From positions 4,562 through 68,561 of the forward strand of contig JAFGCU010000120.1 of the NCBI GenBank assembly GCA_016932475.1: 64,000 nt of DNA, given 5' to 3'. This stretch comes from Anaerolineales bacterium (GTDB taxonomy: Bacteria > Chloroflexota > Anaerolineae > Anaerolineales > RBG-16-64-43). The position numbers were made by a program, and so were the translations under genes. Positions 60,798 to 64,000 of this stretch are shown in pieces (position 1 is the stretch's first letter; each line of letters opens with the position of its first letter). A model generated the notes under the pieces. It saw nothing but the letters and a program-made list of their open reading frames with translations. It searched no databases and was not told where the DNA came from.

Positions 60798-63104
60798 ATG
60801 TCGCACCTTTTCCCTCGAATCCTTGTGGTGGATGACGACGCCGACACCCGCCAGCTTGTACAAATGATCCTTGCCCGGGCCGGTTATGAGGTCGTGCTCG
60901 CCGAAGATGGCGAATCGGGATGGAAATCTCTTATGGAAGCCCGGCCGGATTTGCTGCTGACGGACATCATGATGCCGAATCTGGACGGGCTTGCGCTGCT
61001 TCGGCGCGTGCGGGCGCATTCCCCCACCCGTACGCTCCCGGTGATCCTGCTCAGCGCCAAGGCGACGGTGGACGAAGTCGCCGAAGGATTGGACCTGGGG
61101 GCGGACGATTACCTGACCAAACCCTTTCACAAGACGGAGCTTCTGGCGAGGGTGCGCGCAAAAATCACGCCCCCCGCACTCCCGGGAGATCCGGCCGCGC
61201 CGGAGCGCATCTCCGGGTTGCTCTCGGAAGGACGGTTCATGGACGAACTCCGGCGCGAGGTTGATCGCGTGAACCTCGACGGGAACACCGCCTGCCTGGC
61301 GCACCTCACCTTTCCCGAGGCAAGACGCATCCGTCAAACATTGGGCGCAGACGCAGACCTCGCTTCGCAGGTCGCATCCGATTTTCAGGAATCGGACCGG
61401 CGGCTGGATTTAATCGGACGCGATTCCTCCGGCCACTTCCTGATACTGCTGCCTCATACAACCTCCGAACAGGCCCGCGTGCGCCTGGAAGCGTTCGGCT
61501 GCCGGATGGCATCGCGGATATTTCACACAAGCGGCCGCTCCTTCCATCTCACCCCTGCGACCGGATTTGTGGTCTTCGGCGCTGGCGCAACCGCCGACCG
61601 GATCCGGCAGCAGGTCGAACGAGCCCTCGAACACGCCGCATTGCAACTGGATCTCACTCCCGCGGAATACGATCCCTCGATGGAACGCGCCGCGCCGGGC
61701 GCCCATCCCGTCCGGGCGGGGAAGTGGGATGCCGTTCGCAGCCGCCTGCTGGTCCCGTTTCAGCTGGCGGCGGTCCTCCTGCTGAGCTGGGTCCTCCCCT
61801 TTTTCGCGTATCGCGGATTGGATTCCATCGGCTTCGACATCAGCCGTTACGTTTATCTGATCGTGGTGGCCGCGCTGGCGGCGACGGCGTTTTTCATCTG
61901 GCTCGAGGGATGGATCGCGCTGCGCCGGATCGAGCCGCCGGCCGAGCCCGGCTCTCCGTTCCCCCCCGCCACGGCGATCATCGCCGCCTACCTGCCCAAT
62001 GAGGCGGCAACCGTCCTCGAAACGGTGGAGGCTTTTCTCCGCATCGATTATCCCGCGCCGCTCCAGATCATCCTCGCCTACAACACCCCGCGGGCGATGC
62101 CGATTGAGGAGGAATTTCGGGAATTGGCCGCCCGCGACAGCCGCTTCCTCCCCATGCGCGTGAAGGGCAGCACTTCCAAGCCTCAGAACATCAACGCCGC
62201 CCTCGTGGAAGTCACCGGGGAGTTCGTCGGGATCTTCGACGCCGACCATCTCCCGGAGCCGGACGTGTTCACCCGCGCCTGGCGGTGGCTTTCGAACGGC
62301 GCGGACGTCGTCCAGGGCCATTGCGTCGTCCGCAACGGCGACGCGTCGTGGGTTGCTCGCATGGTGGCGGTCGAGTTCGAGGCGATCTACGCCGTCAGCC
62401 ACCCCGGCCGCGCCCGGCTGCACGATTTCGCCGTGTTCGGGGGATCGAACGGCTACTGGCGGACCGAAGTGCTGCGCCGGACCCGCCTGTACAGCACGAT
62501 GCTGACGGAAGACATCGATTCCTCCATCCGGATCGCTTCCTATGGCGGGAAGATCGTCTGCGATCCGGGGATCATTACCCGCGAATTGGCCCCGACCACA
62601 CTGCGCCATCTGTGGGACCAGCGCGTGCGTTGGGCGCAGGGGTGGTACCAGGTCTCCCTGCGGCGGTTCTGGGATTCGCTGCGGTCGCCGGCGCTCTCCG
62701 GCCGCCAGAAGGCCGGAATTATCTGGCTGCTGGGGTGGCGCGAAATCTACCCCTGGATCGCGGACCAGATGTTCCCGCTCATCGCCTTTCTGGCGTTGAA
62801 AGCCGGCGGGCTGGATAAACTGGATTGGCTGATCCCGATCTTCGTGATAACGACTCTTTTCACCCTGAGCGTCGGCCCCGGCCAGACCCTCTTCGCGTAT
62901 TGGCTTGGCGACGGCAAGATCCGCCGCCGCAAAGGATGGTTCTGGAGTTACCTGTTGCTGTCTTCCGTGTTCTATACGGAATTCAAGTACATCATCGCGC
63001 GCATCGCGCAGATCAATGAATGGATGCGCGTGCGGTCGTGGAAGATCACACCTCGCGCGGAACCCGGGCAGGCCGTGGTCCCCGCTCCCGAAACCCCGGG
63101 ATGA
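60798..63104 (+). CDS. Response-regulator receiver / degenerate GGDEF (I-site retained) / membrane-embedded processive family-2 glycosyltransferase fusion
   Basis: The REC domain is intact (DD, LLLTDIMMP, LLSAK, YLTKPF). The GGDEF fold reads RRLD-LIG-R-D-SSGHF in place of RxxD-x3-R-x-GGEEF. TM helices follow, then the GT2 motifs LPNE, FDADH, TEDIDSS and QRVRWAQGW. Confidence 0.85.
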   Translation: MSHLFPRILVVDDDADTRQLVQMILARAGYEVVLAEDGESGWKSLMEARPDLLLTDIMMPNLDGLALLRRVRAHSPTRTLPVILLSAKATVDEVAEGLDLGADDYLTKPFHKTELLARVRAKITPPALPGDPAAPERISGLLSEGRFMDELRREVDRVNLDGNTACLAHLTFPEARRIRQTLGADADLASQVASDFQESDRRLDLIGRDSSGHFLILLPHTTSEQARVRLEAFGCRMASRIFHTSGRSFHLTPATGFVVFGAGATADRIRQQVERALEHAALQLDLTPAEYDPSMERAAPGAHPVRAGKWDAVRSRLLVPFQLAAVLLLSWVLPFFAYRGLDSIGFDISRYVYLIVVAALAATAFFIWLEGWIALRRIEPPAEPGSPFPPATAIIAAYLPNEAATVLETVEAFLRIDYPAPLQIILAYNTPRAMPIEEEFRELAARDSRFLPMRVKGSTSKPQNINAALVEVTGEFVGIFDADHLPEPDVFTRAWRWLSNGADVVQGHCVVRNGDASWVARMVAVEFEAIYAVSHPGRARLHDFAVFGGSNGYWRTEVLRRTRLYSTMLTEDIDSSIRIASYGGKIVCDPGIITRELAPTTLRHLWDQRVRWAQGWYQVSLRRFWDSLRSPALSGRQKAGIIWLLGWREIYPWIADQMFPLIAFLALKAGGLDKLDWLIPIFVITTLFTLSVGPGQTLFAYWLGDGKIRRRKGWFWSYLLLSSVFYTEFKYIIARIAQINEWMRVRSWKITPRAEPGQAVVPAPETPG

Positions 63105-63231
63105 CTTGCGCTCGTCATGCCGGCGCGTTCTAAGCCGGCATCCAGGACATGCGCTCGTCTTACCGGTGCGTACTAAGCCGGCATCCAGGACATGCGCTCG
63201 TCATGCCGGCGCGTACTAAGCCGGCATCCAG
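63103..63231 (+). repeat. 3 x 43-bp tandem repeat, each unit a hairpin (atgccggc N9 gccggcat)
   Basis: Units at 63103-63145, 63146-63188 and 63189-63231, delimited by hand. The first unit overlaps the TGA stop of the GT2 fusion. Confidence 0.9.
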
Positions 63232-63344
63232 GATCATTCCTGAAGAATCCTTTCCCCCATGCCCTGGATCCCGGCCAGGATCTCGCCGGGATGACGGACT
63301 TCTTCGCATCCGCCGCCGGACCCCCGCCCGCGTTATAATTAAAC

Positions 63345-64000
63345 ATGCCCACCACCCCCCATATAATCGGATTCGACAACGAAAAGTACCTCGCCGAACA
63401 GACCGTCGCGATCCTCGAACGCATGAAAGCCTCCGACAACAAGCTGTACCTGGAGTTCGGCGGAAAGCTGCTGTTCGACATGCACGCCTCGCGCGTCCTG
63501 CCCGGGTTCGACCCGTGCGTCAAGATGCGCCTGCTGCACAACCTTAAGGACCAGGCCGACATCATCCTGTGCATCTTCGCCGGCGACATCGAGCGCAAGA
63601 AGGTCCGCGCGGATTTCGGGATCACCTACGACGCGGATGCGGTCAAGCTGATCGACGACCTCAAGGAGCGCGGAGTCCCGGTCGCGGCGGTGGTGATCAC
63701 GCGCTTCGAAGAACAGCCCGCGGCAAGCATTTTCAAGAACAAGCTCGAGCGCCGCGGCATCCGCGTCTTCACCCATAAGCTGATCCGCGGCTACCCGACC
63801 GATATCGAGCACATCGTCAGCGACGAAGGCTACGGCCTGAACCCCTACATCGAAACGACCAAACCGCTGGTGGTCGTGACCGGCCCCGGCCCCAACAGCG
63901 GCAAGCTTTCCACCTGCCTCTCCCAGCTCTACCACGAATACCGGCACGGGGTTAAGGCGGGGTATTCCAAATTCGAAACTTTCCCGATCTGGAACCTGCC
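63345..64000 (+). CDS. DUF1846 (UPF0371) family protein, N-terminal part (runs off the right edge)
   Basis: I translated from the ATG at 63345: [57 protein letters not shown]...[23 protein letters not shown]. This matches the GFD..KY...Q and [10 protein letters not shown] signature of the family. It is not in the ORF track because it is open-ended. Confidence 0.75.
   Translation, partial: MPTTPHIIGFDNEKYLAEQTVAILERMKASDNKLYLEFGGKLLFDMHASRVLPGFDPCVKMRLLHNLKDQADIILCIFAGDIERKKVRADFGITYDADAVKLIDDLKERGVPVAAVVITRFEEQPAASIFKNKLERRGIRVFTHKLIRGYPTDIEHIVSDEGYGLNPYIETTKPLVVVTGPGPNSGKLSTCLSQLYHEYRHGVKAGYSKFETFPIWNL

Noticed and set aside
63103-63231. Possible CRISPR array (regular 43-bp periodicity with palindromic units).
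   Set aside because: The units are directly contiguous with no unique spacers. There are only three copies and no cas genes in the window. It is a tandem hairpin repeat.

Overview
High-GC bacterial chromosomal segment. The gene content and intergenic repeat style are reminiscent of Chloroflexota/Anaerolineae-type genomes, but that is inference only and cannot be verified here. I support about 47 protein genes and find no rRNA, tRNA, CRISPR array, transposase or integrase.

Layout:
- 1-14.7 kb, all minus strand: mixed housekeeping and accessory genes. These are GNAT, a Cys-rich hypothetical, VOC, homocysteine methyltransferase, purU, DUF1761, YwbE, an aldo/keto reductase, a flavodoxin-ferredoxin fusion, an MBL hydrolase, a ParB/Srx-like protein, LacI, a CPBP protease, a tiny basic protein, an L,D-transpeptidase and a PLC-like protein.
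- 15.6-33.8 kb, all plus strand: a nearly complete de novo purine pathway. Order is purL (with two fused PurS-like repeats), purQ, bioY, purC, class-II-like purE, purF, a MutS-related ATPase, purD, purM, an AICARFT-only paralog, purN, purH and guaB. No purK, purB or free purS is present in the window.
- 34.3-43 kb: a multi-GAF GGDEF cyclase translationally coupled to rpe, a eukaryote-type hexokinase, an orphan histidine kinase and a CpXC protein.
- 43-52 kb: a sugar ABC locus with a clan GH-A lipoprotein, three tandem MalG-type permease paralogs, a MalF-type permease, a binding protein and LacI.
- 52.7-64 kb: an HDAC/AcuC-like deacetylase, an OFA-type MFS transporter, acs, a GH94 phosphorylase, and divergently a receiver / degenerate-GGDEF / family-2 glycosyltransferase fusion. 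The window ends in a partial DUF1846 gene.

The most unusual item is that fusion at 60798-63104. It looks like a processive polysaccharide synthase with built-in phospho- and c-di-GMP-sensing modules.

Other notable items:
- The triplicated permease with a divergent extracytoplasmic loop.
- Several intergenic hairpin-repeat families, two of which show compensatory stem substitutions.
- A duplicated gene 3' end flanking an AT-rich insert.
- Paired LacI-type operators bracketing a ParB-like gene.

All calls rest on reading the supplied translations and the DNA. No database search was possible.
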